A stretch of DNA of 64,000 nt, from positions 224,008,001 through 224,072,000 of the forward strand of contig NC_086097.1 of NCBI RefSeq assembly GCF_963921235.1. Reading direction: 5' to 3'. The notes beneath the pieces were generated by a model. That model had not been told where the DNA came from, did not search any database, and worked only from the letters and a program-made list of their open reading frames with translations. Positions within the stretch are counted from its first letter, which is position 1. Each line of letters opens with the position of its first letter. Source of the stretch: Mobula hypostoma. Its lineage: Eukaryota. The position numbers and the translations under genes are program-made. Of this stretch, positions 50,701 through 64,000 are shown piece after piece.

Positions 50701-50949
50701 GGACAATTTTGACTTGCTTTTCTGTAATATTTCCATTGTAATTGTATACATGAATTCAATACTGCAAGCACCTTTTCTTGAAATCACTCCAGCAAAAATA
50801 GTTTCATTACTTACCTACGAAATGTCAAACAAGAACCATGGTTAAAACAATACAGTGGCAACACTGATTCCGTAAGTTCATAGACCATTTCAGAATCTGC
50901 AACAGCACATTGTTTTGAGTCACATTTCTTACACATGATAAGCAAAGGA

Positions 50950-53093
50950 CCCAACTGCTAGGAGTGGACTAAAAGTGTCTGGCTTTGGCTCAACAGGTTT
51001 GGGCAAACACAGATGCAGGCCTTAAGTTGTTTTTTCTCTGTTAGCACATAGCTTGTGTACTGAGAATGGATGCACAGGTAACGCTATGTTTCCTGTGTGA
51101 GATCTGGGAACTTTGTGAAACCTTCAGACTCCCTGATAACTGCATCTGCATGAAGTGCATCAAGCTGCAGCTTCTACAAGACCATCTTAAGGAAACGGAG
51201 CTGCAGTTGGCTGACCTTCGGCTCATACAGGAGAATGAGGAGGTAATGGATAGGAGCTGCAGGAAGGTTATCACCCCTAAATTGCAGGAGGCAGGTACCT
51301 GCGTGACTGTCAGGAGACAGACAAGGAATAGGCAGCCAGTGCAGAGTACCCCTGTGGACATTCCCCTCAATAATAAGTATACAGTAGTGATAGGGGATTC
51401 CATAATTAGAGGAGCAGAAAGCAAGTTCTGTTGATGCGAGAGAGACATCCCTGACCCTGGCACCTGGGAGGCAGCATATCATCCTGGTGTCTCTTTCACA
51501 CTCACAGAATGTGCTTTCACTAGGGGAATGGCAATTCTGGATTGGATTATACTAAGGAGAAGGTACTTAGGAAGCTGGTAGGTCTGAAGGTAGATAAGTC
51601 ACCTGGTCCAGATGGACCACAGGGTTCTGAAAGAGTTAACTGAAATGTGGAAGGCATTATTAATGATCTTTCAAGAATCACTACATTCTAGAATGGTTCC
51701 TGAGGACTGGAAAATTGTGAATGTCACTCCACTCTGTAAGAAGGGAGGAAGGCAAAATAAAGGAAATTATAGGCCGGTTAGCTTGACTTCAGTGGTTGGA
51801 AAGATGTTGGAGTCCATTATTAATGATGAAATAGGCTGAAGTCAGCCTGGTTTTCTAAAGGGGAGATCTTGCCTGACAAATCTGTTTGACTAAACTTGAG
51901 GAAATAACATGCAGGATAGACAAAGGAGAGTCAGTGGATGTTGTTCACTTAGATTTTCAGAATGCCTTTGACAAGGTGCCACACCTGAGGCTGCTTAGCA
52001 AAATAAAAGCCCATGGTGTTACAGGAAAGAGACCAGCATTGATAGAAGATTGGCTGACTGGCAGGAGGCAAAGAGTGGAAAGAACGGGAGCCTTTACTCA
52101 TTGGCTACCAGTGACGAGTGGTATTCCGCAGGCTGAGTCAGCCGTAGGGAAGACAGACGCAGTGCTAGCCTTCATGTTGGGACCACTTCTCTTCCTGCTT
52201 TCTGTCAATGATACGGATGATCAAATTGGTGGTTTTGCGGCCAGGTTCACAGACAATACAGAGGTACGTGGAGAAGCTGGCAGTCTTCTGAAGGGCTCAG
52301 AGGGATTGTGAGAATGGCCAAAGAAGTGGCAGATGGAATATAGTGTGGGAAGAGTATGGTCATGCACTTAGGTAGAAGGAATAAAGGCATAGACTGGGGA
52401 GCAATCAGAGGTGCAGAGGACTTGGGAGTCCTTGTGCAGGATTCCCTAAAGGTTAACTTGCAGATTGAATCAGTGCTAAGGAAGGCAAGCACACTGTTAG
52501 CATTTATTTTGCAAGGACTATAAAGGGGAAAAAAGCAAGGATGTAATGCTAAGGCTTTATAAGGCATTGGTCAGACCACACTTGGGCATTGAGCAGCTTT
52601 GCACTCCTTATCTGAGAAACAAAGTGCTGACATTGGAGGTGGCCCAAAGGAAATTCATAAGGATGATTCCAGGAATGAACGGAGTGCTTGATGGCTCTGG
52701 GCCTGTACTCACTGGAGTTTAGAAGAATGACGGGGGTGATCTAACTGAAACAATCAAATATTGAAAGGCCTAGGAAGATGGATATGGACAGGATGTTTCC
52801 TGTATTGGGAGAGTTTCAAACTAGAGGTCAGTCTCAGCTTTGAGGGATGCCCATGTAGAACACAGATGAGGAATAATTTCTTCAGCCAGGGGGTGGTGGA
52901 TCTGTGGAATTCATTGTCATAGAGGCTGTGCAGGCCAAGTCATTGGGCATATTTATGGCGGAGACTGATAGCTTCTTGATCAATCAGGGTGTCAGACGTT
53001 AACGGGGTTGACAGGAATTAAAAAATCAGCCATGATGGAGCGACAGAGCAGTCTCAATGGGCCGAATGGCCAAAATGTACTCTTATGGTCTTA
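50950..53093 (+). mobile_element. CR1 LINE with ORF1 zinc finger and internally deleted ORF2
   Basis: MDAQVTLCFLCEIWE...CICMKCIKLQLL...VVIGDSIIRG (ORF1), then PEDWKIVNVTPL.KKG...NYRPVSLTSVVGK and DFQNAFDKVPH. Confidence 0.88.
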
Positions 53094-53849
53094 TCACTGT
53101 ACGGCGGGGGAGTGGAGGACTGGATAAGACAAACATAATAACAAAATACAGTGTCACTTAATTAAAAAATAAAAGTAATTGTCTAAACCCAACACTGTAG
53201 TTCTGTCATTTTGCAACGGGAATACATAATTTAATTAAATATTTACTTTTCCGTGAAAATCGTGAACAATTTTTAATATTTAAAATCACATCTGCCCTCC
53301 TTGTAAACAAATAGAAATGCAGAATTCATAATTAACTGGCTTTGAATTAATTAATGTTAATGTGCCATGTCTGTTACACTAATTTTTATGCCACAGAGTC
53401 CAAAAGGTGAACTGACCCTGCGCTCTTCACCCCGTGTATTTGCAGCAGGCACCTCAATTAGAAGCGGTTGGTCACCGACACACATTCTTCGGTTTACATG
53501 GAGGTGGAACTCTGCCACAGCATTTATTTTGCTGCCCTTTCATGGCTGCCTTAAAATGCACGACTTTCTACAGAAATGTGATCAAGGGCTGTATGGGTTC
53601 CTCCATTTCCTACTTTCAATGTTCTGCTCCACCATGGTTCCGTTCGGGAGCAACCCGGTTCCTAAATGTGACCTCTTGGGCTCGGTGGATACTATTTGGA
53701 CCGTTTTGGGCATCAGCCAGGAAACTCGTTTCACCATGATGACTACATAAAACCCGTGCAATTTCTCAGAGAGAGAGAAAAAAAAAGACTTCAAATATTT
53801 TGGCATACTCCATTGTCGCTGAAGGTTGGATTTAAAAACCCAAATTATT

Positions 53850-55500
<1,651 letters not shown>

Positions 55501-58500
55501 GCGATAACAGGTGAGCGAGATGGGCAAACTCTTGCGAGATAGTGGAAATAGGGACTAAACAATGGAATGATATGGGCCCAGGGAACAGAGACGTGGCATG
55601 GGGATCGATGAGACTTAAAAATGAGGAAGATCACTATGTGGACTAGAGGTGGGGAAGGAAATGGACACAGGGCTTGTCCAGTTTTGGACAGGGAGATGGG
55701 TCAGAGATCGGAGGCACGGGAGAAACTTGGGTGCGGGAACATTAGATTGGGAAAGGAGGTTGAGAAAGTGTGGCACAAACACTTTCTTTGCACGCACGAA
55801 CTGTTCAGCGGGGATCGGGAACTGGAGAGAGACTGGTAGGTGGTGAACGGGTGAACATGGACTATGGGAAGTGGGCACGGCGCCTGAGGTGTCAGGAGGA
55901 AGACAGGCTCAACGGGTGGGATAATCTGGAGAGAGAAACTGTGGTGTGTAGGGGGTGCAGGCATGTGGACTGATGAGTTTGCAGAGGGAGGTGGAAGATC
56001 CAGTGGGACTGGAAACTTCATAGCACAGGAGGTGGGAAGGCAAAGAGAGTCAGGGTTGTTGAGGGGTCTGGTCAATGTCTGTGGAAAGGATGCACCCAGG
56101 TACTAAAGAATTTGGTTGGTGTGGGCACGGCAATTGCGAAGCTGGTGCTGAGTGGTGCACGTGGTTTGGTTACATTGATGGAGAGGCTGGTGCACAGAGT
56201 GCACATAGAGACCGGGATGAAAGCATTTCAGCTGACAAAGGCTGAGGGCAAAACAAAATTTAGGGAAGAAAGTCACATGAGAGAGCGGCAGAAAACGGGA
56301 ATTAAAATAAAAGAGAAGAGGAACCAACGGAGGAGTAAAGAACCAACAGGCATTTGAAAAGTAACAGCTAAATTTTAAATAGTATTAACATATAGTGTGC
56401 ATGGGATGTATAGGGTATGGTAGCACCTCTGGTGAGGGCGCTTGTCCTGTCCATTCTGGGGCAGCTCTCTCACCTTTGGTCTCCACTCAACACTCAGCTC
56501 TCACCTGTGGCTCCAAGTAGCAACACCGGTGCACTGCTTTGAAAGGCGGGGTGGATCAGATGAAGGTAGCCGGTGGATCCCATACCCTGGTGAGATAGAG
56601 ACAGGTGAAGTCAGCCAGATGAGATCCAACAACCTGCAACGCTTCGTGGAGAACGCAGAAATAGTCATGGTCACCCACTGCAACCAAGGAAGAACCCAGG
56701 TTGCGATGACTACCTGTACCACTGGAGTCGGACTTCCGAGATCGAGAGTGGAGCTGTCCTTCTGCAATGATTCTTCCACTTTGAAAACTCGCGCGGGGCT
56801 CCTGCCATACGACTGACAACCAAACACCGCTATTGATACTTAATGTTGGAAATGCGAATTATAGTCAAGATGGACGCGAAGAAATAGACAGAATGAAATC
56901 GTCGTTCAGTGATCCAGACCAAAGGCAAAGTGGTACCAACGGAGAAGAGAAGAGATCTCATCTCAGATAGGCCTCCTCGTAAGGGATGCGAGAGAAGAGA
57001 AAACGAATTCGCTAATTAACACGAATGAAATTAGAAATAAATACTGGAGACTGGGAACACATCGAGTTATCTAAGAGATAATAAATAGAAGATTTATTCT
57101 CTTCTAGTGGCCCTGACGATCAAGGACGATTTTAACTCCAGCTCTTGAGAAGTAAAAGGTGCGTGTGGGTGAATTCTTACCCAGCGCTGCCAACGCGTAA
57201 ACTTTAAAAAAAAGCAACTGAAATAACACGAAAGTTTTAGCAACGCCTGGCATCAATAGAAAAATGCTAACGTTATTAGGCAAGGTAATTACTCAAATGG
57301 GATGTAAATACAATTGCGTGGGGGTCGCCGTTTGGATGGTGCAAATACTTTTTTAACGGTGTTGCATCACCGTCACTAACCCCGGAGTTTGCTCCTTGAG
57401 TTTAGGAATGTTTTCAATATTCTTGATAATAACTCAACCCCTTTTTATATAACTGCTTGGGTGTTGCATGTTATGACACAATTGGCTTTTCATGTGCAGA
57501 GTCAAATTTCCCTTCCCCTGTTAGTTTACCAGTTGAACATTTGCTGATATCCACACACGTCCGCACAAATTATCTTGTTTGTAATAGGAACCTTACAAAT
57601 CTGAAGCTTTGGTAAAAGTTGGTTCCCTTTACATAGAAACCAATATAGTATTTCCGATCCAAAAGCTCAAAGCATCGAACGCTATTGGTGACAAGAAGCG
57701 CCAAATATGATTTTAAAAACATCGCAAGACGTCGGCTCTGATTTTTGACCATGATTGAGTGTGACGCCAGATGTTGTTCAATCTGTTAAATACTGTAAAC
57801 GGAATGCGTAATTTGAGAAAAAGTGCGTCAGGAGGCTCCCAGAATAGAAGGAAGAATAAATATGGTTATGGTTGCGCAGCGCTGAGCTCGGGAGGCTCAG
57901 GCTGGCGAAGTACAGAGATTCGCACAGGGATTGTCGGAGTGAAAACCAGACTAATGTGGCGTTCATACAAATATCTCCACAGCTGTTCAGGCAACTGGCG
58001 AACAGAATCTGATAGCACGTTCAGGGGGAGTCCAGGTAGACCCGGTGAGTTGACGTGGATCATTTCACGTGTATTTCGATTTTGTAGAAAATATTTATGA
58101 GCCAAATATACTGAAGGTGGAGTGAAGTACTGTATATACTGAGAAACTGACCTGAAATCAATCAGATGGGGAATAAAAGGATGCTGGTTACATGTCAGTT
58201 CTAAGTTAGACCTGCGCTGACGATCTTATTGCAGCAGACGCGGGAATAATTATAAACAAAAAAAAAGTTTGCATAATGTCACATTCTGTGCACGCAGTTT
58301 ATTTTACAGTGATTTGTTATTATAGCTGAGGTCCAAGGTGCATGAGAATAATATACTGGGAATTATAAAGAGTAGCATCATTCAGGTATTTCTTCCACCA
58401 ACTCTCTTTTCATGGAGTTACATTTGTACGAAAATCTTCATTGAAATTGCGCCAACTTTGAAATATCACTGCATGTTTTGCAAAGAACCTGGATTGCCCG

Positions 58501-59182
58501 ATTACAAATGAGGTTCACACTTTTTTTTCACAATGCAAGATCAAGTAACTGGCACGTTAAGAAGCAGGTTAACATTAGTCATAGTCATAATTTATTGTTC
58601 CCTACGTTTAACTATATTCTATCTTTTACTTTATTGTGTTATTTCACTGCAAATACCTATCATCATCCATAAGTAGCGATGATCATTTATTCAAAAGTGA
58701 AATAAAATATTGACTTATTAATAGGAAAAAAGAAATGCATCCATAGACAAATCCCAGGAGGTCCTACAATTGAATATGTTGGACTGGCCTGGCCAAAAAA
58801 AATCCCACAGAAATTGAAAAGGCCAATTTCCCAATTTAAGTGATGAAACAACTCAGCAAATCTACTGATCAAGGTTCCAAATTCTTTATGGGAGTTCTTC
58901 TAATTTTTGAAACTCTTTTTATACTTAAAGGGCAATATTTATAGGACAAACTTAATTTAGGTGGCAGTGCATTACGGTTGTATTAGAATTGTATGGTTGC
59001 ACTGTAAGTCCACCTTAGGGCAAATAATAACACCAAGCCAACCATGATGACTTGATGACTTTTCAGAATAGAAATACTTTTAGGAAATATTTTAGAAGTG
59101 AGTGAAATGGTGAGGTGAAGAGTTTTGAGAGAATATTCCAGAAGTTGGGACCACATAGATGAATATATGGCGTAGCTCAAAT

Positions 59183-60056
59183 GCCATTATAAATTTGCTG
59201 GCAGAACCTCAGATGGTGACAAAAGGGCATACAGGAGTGAGATATACCAGTTAGTCGAGTGATGCCACAACAACAATCTTGCACTCAAGGTCAGCAAGAT
59301 TAAAGAGCGATTGTGGACGAGAAGGAAAAAGACGAGGGAACACAATCCAATCTTCATAGAGGGATCAGAAGTGGAGAGAGTGAGCAATTCCACGTTCCTG
59401 GGTGTCAATATCTCTGAGGGCCTAACCTGGGTGCAACATATTGTTGCAGCTATAAAAAAAGGCAAGGCAGTGGCTATATTTCATCAAGAGTTTGAGGAGA
59501 TTTGGTTTTTCAACTAAAACACTCAAAAACTTCTCTAAATGTACCATGGAGAGCATTCTGACTGGTTGCATCATCGTCTGGTATGGTGGTGGGGTGGGGA
59601 GCTACTGCACAAGATCGAAATAAGTTGCAGAAACTTGTAAAACTAGTCAGCTCCATCATGGTACTAACCTCCACAGTATCCAAGACATCTTCAATGACTG
59701 GTGTCGTAGGGAGGTGGTGTCCATCAATACGGATCCCCACCATCCAGGACATGCCTTCTCTCATTGTTATCATTGGGAAGGAGGTACAGAAGCCTGAAGA
59801 CACACACTCAGTGATTCAGGAACAGCTTCTTCCCCTCCGCCATCTGATTCTTAAATGGACATTGAACCCATGAACATGACCTCATTACCTTTTCATTTCT
59901 TCTTTTTTGCACTGCTTATTTTAACATAACTATTTAAGACATATACTTAATGTAATTCAGTGTCTTCTCTATATTTATCATGTATTTCATTGTACTGCTG
60001 CCATAAAGTTAACAAATTTCATGACATATGCCAGTAATATTAAACCTGAATCTGAT
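59183..60056 (+). mobile_element. Rex1/Babar-like LINE 3' portion
   Basis: IEGSEVERVSNSTFLGVNISEGLTW. Same family as 16575-17422. Confidence 0.85.
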
Positions 60057-60491
60057 ATATGCATCACCTATCCACACTTAAACCTGGACAAGAGAAACGT
60101 ACGGTCATACAAAATGAGTGTCATAGGCCTGGAGAGGATTAATGCATAAGGATGCAAGATCATAACAGATTTGAACTGGTTGAAAATACTGTAAGTTTGT
60201 AATTAAAAATGTGTTGACTGGATGCCAATGGCGGCCAAAGCACTTGGATGATGGTTGAATGGGACATTCTGTGATAGGAGTAGGAATCTAGTTTATAGAA
60301 ATTGCAGAGTTGGGTGACAATAACGGTTGGATAAACATATTACTGAAAGAAAAGAAAATCTTTTGCTGATGGGGAAATGCTCTGAACTCAGTGATGTGAT
60401 ATAAGTTTTCATTGAAATATAACAGATCGACGTATACCTGTTGTATTTCCTGTAAGACCGCACACTACTTCTAAGAATTTTCAGTGCATCC

Positions 60492-63020
60492 TAGAGTCAT
60501 AGAACACCACAGCAATGAAGCAGGCCCTTTGGCCCATCTAGTCTATGCCAAACCATTAATCTGTCTATTCCCATTGACCAGCAACGGGACCATAGCCCTC
60601 CATATCCCTCCCATCTAAGTACCTATCCAAATTTCTCTTAAATGTTGAAATCAAACCCTTATCCACAGCTTGTGTTGGTAGCTCATCCCACAATCTCACC
60701 ATCTTTGGAGTGAAGAGGTTCCCACTCATGTTCCTATTAAACATTCCACCTTTTACCCTTAACCCATCGTCTCCAGTTCTAGTCTCACCCAACCTCAGTG
60801 GAAAAAGCCTACTTGCACTTACCTTATCTCCACCCCTCATAATTTTGTATACTTTTATAAAATCTCCCCTCAATCTTCTGTGTTCTAACCTATTCAACCT
60901 TTCTCTATAACACAGGTCCTCAAGTCCTGGCAACATCCTTGTCAACTTTCTCTACCCTCTTTCAATCTTATTTATACCTTTTCTGTATGCAGGTGACCAA
61001 AACTGTGCACAATACTTGAAATTTCAACAGAACATCCAAACTCCCGTACTCAGTACATTGATTTATGAAGGCCAATGTTACAACCCTCTCTACCTGTGAC
61101 ACCACCTTCAAGGGATTATGGATCTGTATTCTCAGATCCTTCTGTTCTACCACAGTTCTCAGTTCCCTACTGCTCACTGTCTGAAATCTACACTGGCTGG
61201 TCCTCCCAAATCGCAACACCTCACACTTGTCTGCATTAAATTCCGTCTGCCATTTTTCAGCCCATTTTTCCAGCTGGTCCAGATCCACCGCAAGCTTTGA
61301 CAGCCTTTCTTGCTGTCCACTATACCCCAATCTCAGTGTCATCTGCAAATTCGCTGATCCAGTTCACCACATTATTATCCCGATCATTGATATAGACGAC
61401 AAACAACAACAGAATCAGCACCAGTTCCTGCAGCACACCACAAGGCACAGGCCTCCTGGTCAGAGAAGCAACCATTTACTACCACTCTTTGGCTTTTCTC
61501 GTGAAGCCGATGTCTAATTCAATTTGCTACTTCATCTTGAATGTGAAGTGATTGAACCTTCTTGACCATCTTCCCATGCTGGCCTTTGTCAAAGACCTTG
61601 CTAAACTCCATGTAGATAACATCCACTGGCTTGCCTTCATCAACTTTCCTGGTAACTTCCTCAAAAAACTCTGTAAGATTAATTAGACATGACCTGCCAT
61701 GCACAAAACCATGTTGACTATCCCAAATTAGTCTCTGGCTATCTAAATACTTAGATATCTGGTCCTTAAAGTACCTTCCAATAACTTTCTCATTATTGAT
61801 TTTTTAGAGCCTTTCTTAAAAAATGGAACAACATTAACTATCCTCTAATCCTCCAGCACCTCATCTGTGGCTAAGGATGTTTTAAATATCCCTGCTAGGG
61901 CCCCTGTAGTTTCTGCACTTGCCTCCTGTAGGGTCAAAGGGAACACCTTTTTAGGCCCTGGGGATTTATCCATCCTAATTTGCCTCAGATCAGCTCTACC
62001 TCTGTAATCTGTACAGGGTCCATGACCTTGCTGCTGCTTTGCCAAACTTCCATAGACTCTGTCTGTCTCCCGAGTAAATACAGGCAAAAAATCTGTTTGA
62101 GATCTCCTCCATCTCTTTTGGCTCCGCACATAGACTACCACTTGATCTTCCACAGGACCAATTTTATCTCTTTCTATCATTTGGCTCTTAATGTATCTGG
62201 TGGAACCCTTAGGATTCTCCTTCATATTGTCTGCTAGAGCAATCTCATGTCTTCTTTTAGCCCTCCTGATTTCTTACTTAAGTCTTATACTCCTCAAGTA
62301 CCTCATTTGTTCCTGCCTGCCTATATCTGCAATGCACCTCCTTCTTTTTCTTAACCAGGGCCTTAATATCCCTTGACAACCAAGGTTCCCTTGCCTTTTA
62401 TTCTCACAGGAATGTACAAACTCTGTACTCTCAAAATTTCTCTTTTGAATGCCTCCTACTTATCAAATATATCTTTGCCAGAAAACAACCTGTCCCAATC
62501 CACACTTGCCAGATCCATTCTAATAACATTAATATTGGCCGTTCTCCAATTTGGAATCTGAATCTAAGGACCAGACCTATCTTTTTCTGTAATTACCTTG
62601 AAAAAAATGTATTATGATCACTGAATGCAAAGTCTATCCCCACACAAATTTCTGTCACCAGCCCAGTCTTATTCCTTAACAGGAGATCTAGTATCACACT
62701 CTCTCTAGTTGGGACTTCTATGTACTGATTAAGGAAACTTTCCTGAACATATTTGACAAACTCTTTCCCATCCAGCTCCTTTACAGTATTGGCATCCCTG
62801 ACAATATGTGGTAAGTTAAAATCACCTACTATCACAATCTTATGTTTCTTGCAACAGTCTGCAGTCACCCTACAAATTTGCTCCTCTAAGTCCCATGGAC
62901 AGTTGGGTGGTCCGTACTATAATCCCATTAACATGGTCTTACCTTTCTTATTCCTCAGTTCTACTCATAAAGGCTCATTATACAAGCTCTTCCGTCTGTC
63001 CTGTCTGAGCACTACTGTGA
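60492..63020 (-). mobile_element. CR1 LINE ORF2 and 3'UTR, degenerate (same subfamily as 22876-27023)
   Basis: IVIVGDFNLP, FSDHN, KSPGP, SCLINLTEFFEEVT, FNADKCEVLRFG, RRLRGDFIKVYKI. Confidence 0.9.
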
Positions 63021-63081
63021 CATCCACAAGGGATGACTCCGGGATAACATGTTATAATATTTCCACTCAAGGTTAATACTA

Positions 63082-63393
63082 GTGTTGGCGCGTGGCCAAG
63101 TGGTTAAGGCGTTCGTCTAGTGATCTGAAGGTCGCTAGTTCGAGCTTGGCTGAGGCAGTGTGTTGTGTCCTTGAGCAAGGCACTTAACCACACTTTGCTC
63201 TGCCATGACACCGGTGCCAAGCTGTATGGGTCCTAATGCCCTTCCCTTGGACAACATCGGTGGCATGGAGAGGGGAGACTTGCAGCATGGGGCAACTGCC
63301 AGTCTTCCTTAAAACCTTGCCCAGACCTGCACCTTGGAAACCTTCCAAGGCGCAAATCCATGGTCTCACGAGACTAACGGATGCCTATTATTA
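63082..63393 (+). mobile_element. tRNA-derived SINE with CORE-like centre and (TAT)n tail
   Basis: A box TGGCCAAGTGG, B-box-like GTTCGAGC, gtgtccttgagcaaggcacttaacc, and TSD TTAATACTA/TTAATGCTA. Confidence 0.85.
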
Positions 63394-64000
63394 TTAATGC
63401 TACCTCCTTTATAACAAAGCCCTGTGAAAATAGTTCTATTAAAAAAGTAAATCTTAAACCGAACTACTAAGTGGCTTTAATGGATATTTAGTAAGTTAGC
63501 TCTAATGGACACTCCTAACTGAGCTCCATGGATCATCAGGAATCCTAAGAGTATAAAAGGGAGCCATCATAGTTTGCTTTCACTGCCTAGACATCAATAA
63601 TGAAGTAGTTCCATGTGGTAAATGACTGACTCTGTTCCTCATCTGACTTGGTCTTAATGCAAAAAGTATGATTGGAGTTACTGCTGGATGGATAAAATGG
63701 AAGAAGACAACAGGAAGGAAACTCAATCTTTATTAGTGCAGAAAATAGCTGCTTCCCTCTTTCATTGAGATGAAAGGCATCCTTAAATATTAAGCAAAAT
63801 GATAAAAACAGAATAAAAGAATCACGAAATGCAATTCAGCCTCTAACTCTCAGACTAATTATTTTAGCAGACAAATAGAAAAGTAAGAGAAACTCTAACC
63901 TCCAAAAAGCAAAGATGTTAAATCATGTGGACCAAACACTGAAAGTTCTTCCAGTCCTTCTAACGGATGTCTTGGCTAGATGATGAGAAATTTGCACTTT

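Noticed and set aside
57771..58100. 109-aa plus-strand ORF as the first exon of a divergent neighbour gene such as GDAP1
   Set aside because: No similarity to any protein I recognise
63087..63160. tRNA gene
   Set aside because: It is the tRNA-derived head of a SINE: it continues into a SINE body with tail and TSD and has no convincing acceptor stem

Overview
Eukaryotic, intron-rich vertebrate DNA. The repeat landscape (CR1/HER1-like LINEs, HE1/V-type SINEs, Rex1/Babar-like LINEs, Tc1/mariner, Penelope-like ends) suggests a cartilaginous fish, probably a ray (inference). The only host gene I can support is junctophilin-1 (JPH1) on the minus strand. Coding exon 1 (54981-54603, 379 nt) sits in a CpG island and coding exon 2 (31123-30364, 760 nt) follows a ~23.5 kb intron. 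I could not find exon 3, so it probably lies left of base 1. The rest is intron or upstream DNA filled with mostly decayed, often nested transposons. I found no convincing new multi-gene system. The points most worth following up are: a Tigger4/Zombi-like transposon that resembles the mammalian element, a mariner-derived foldback element with five TIR copies, Penelope-type ends carrying degenerate hammerhead-ribozyme cores (some as inverted pairs), an out-of-frame uORF overlapping the JPH1 start codon, and a candidate MEF2/E-box muscle enhancer in intron 1. Repeat boundaries are approximate and family names come from motif recognition, not database searches.
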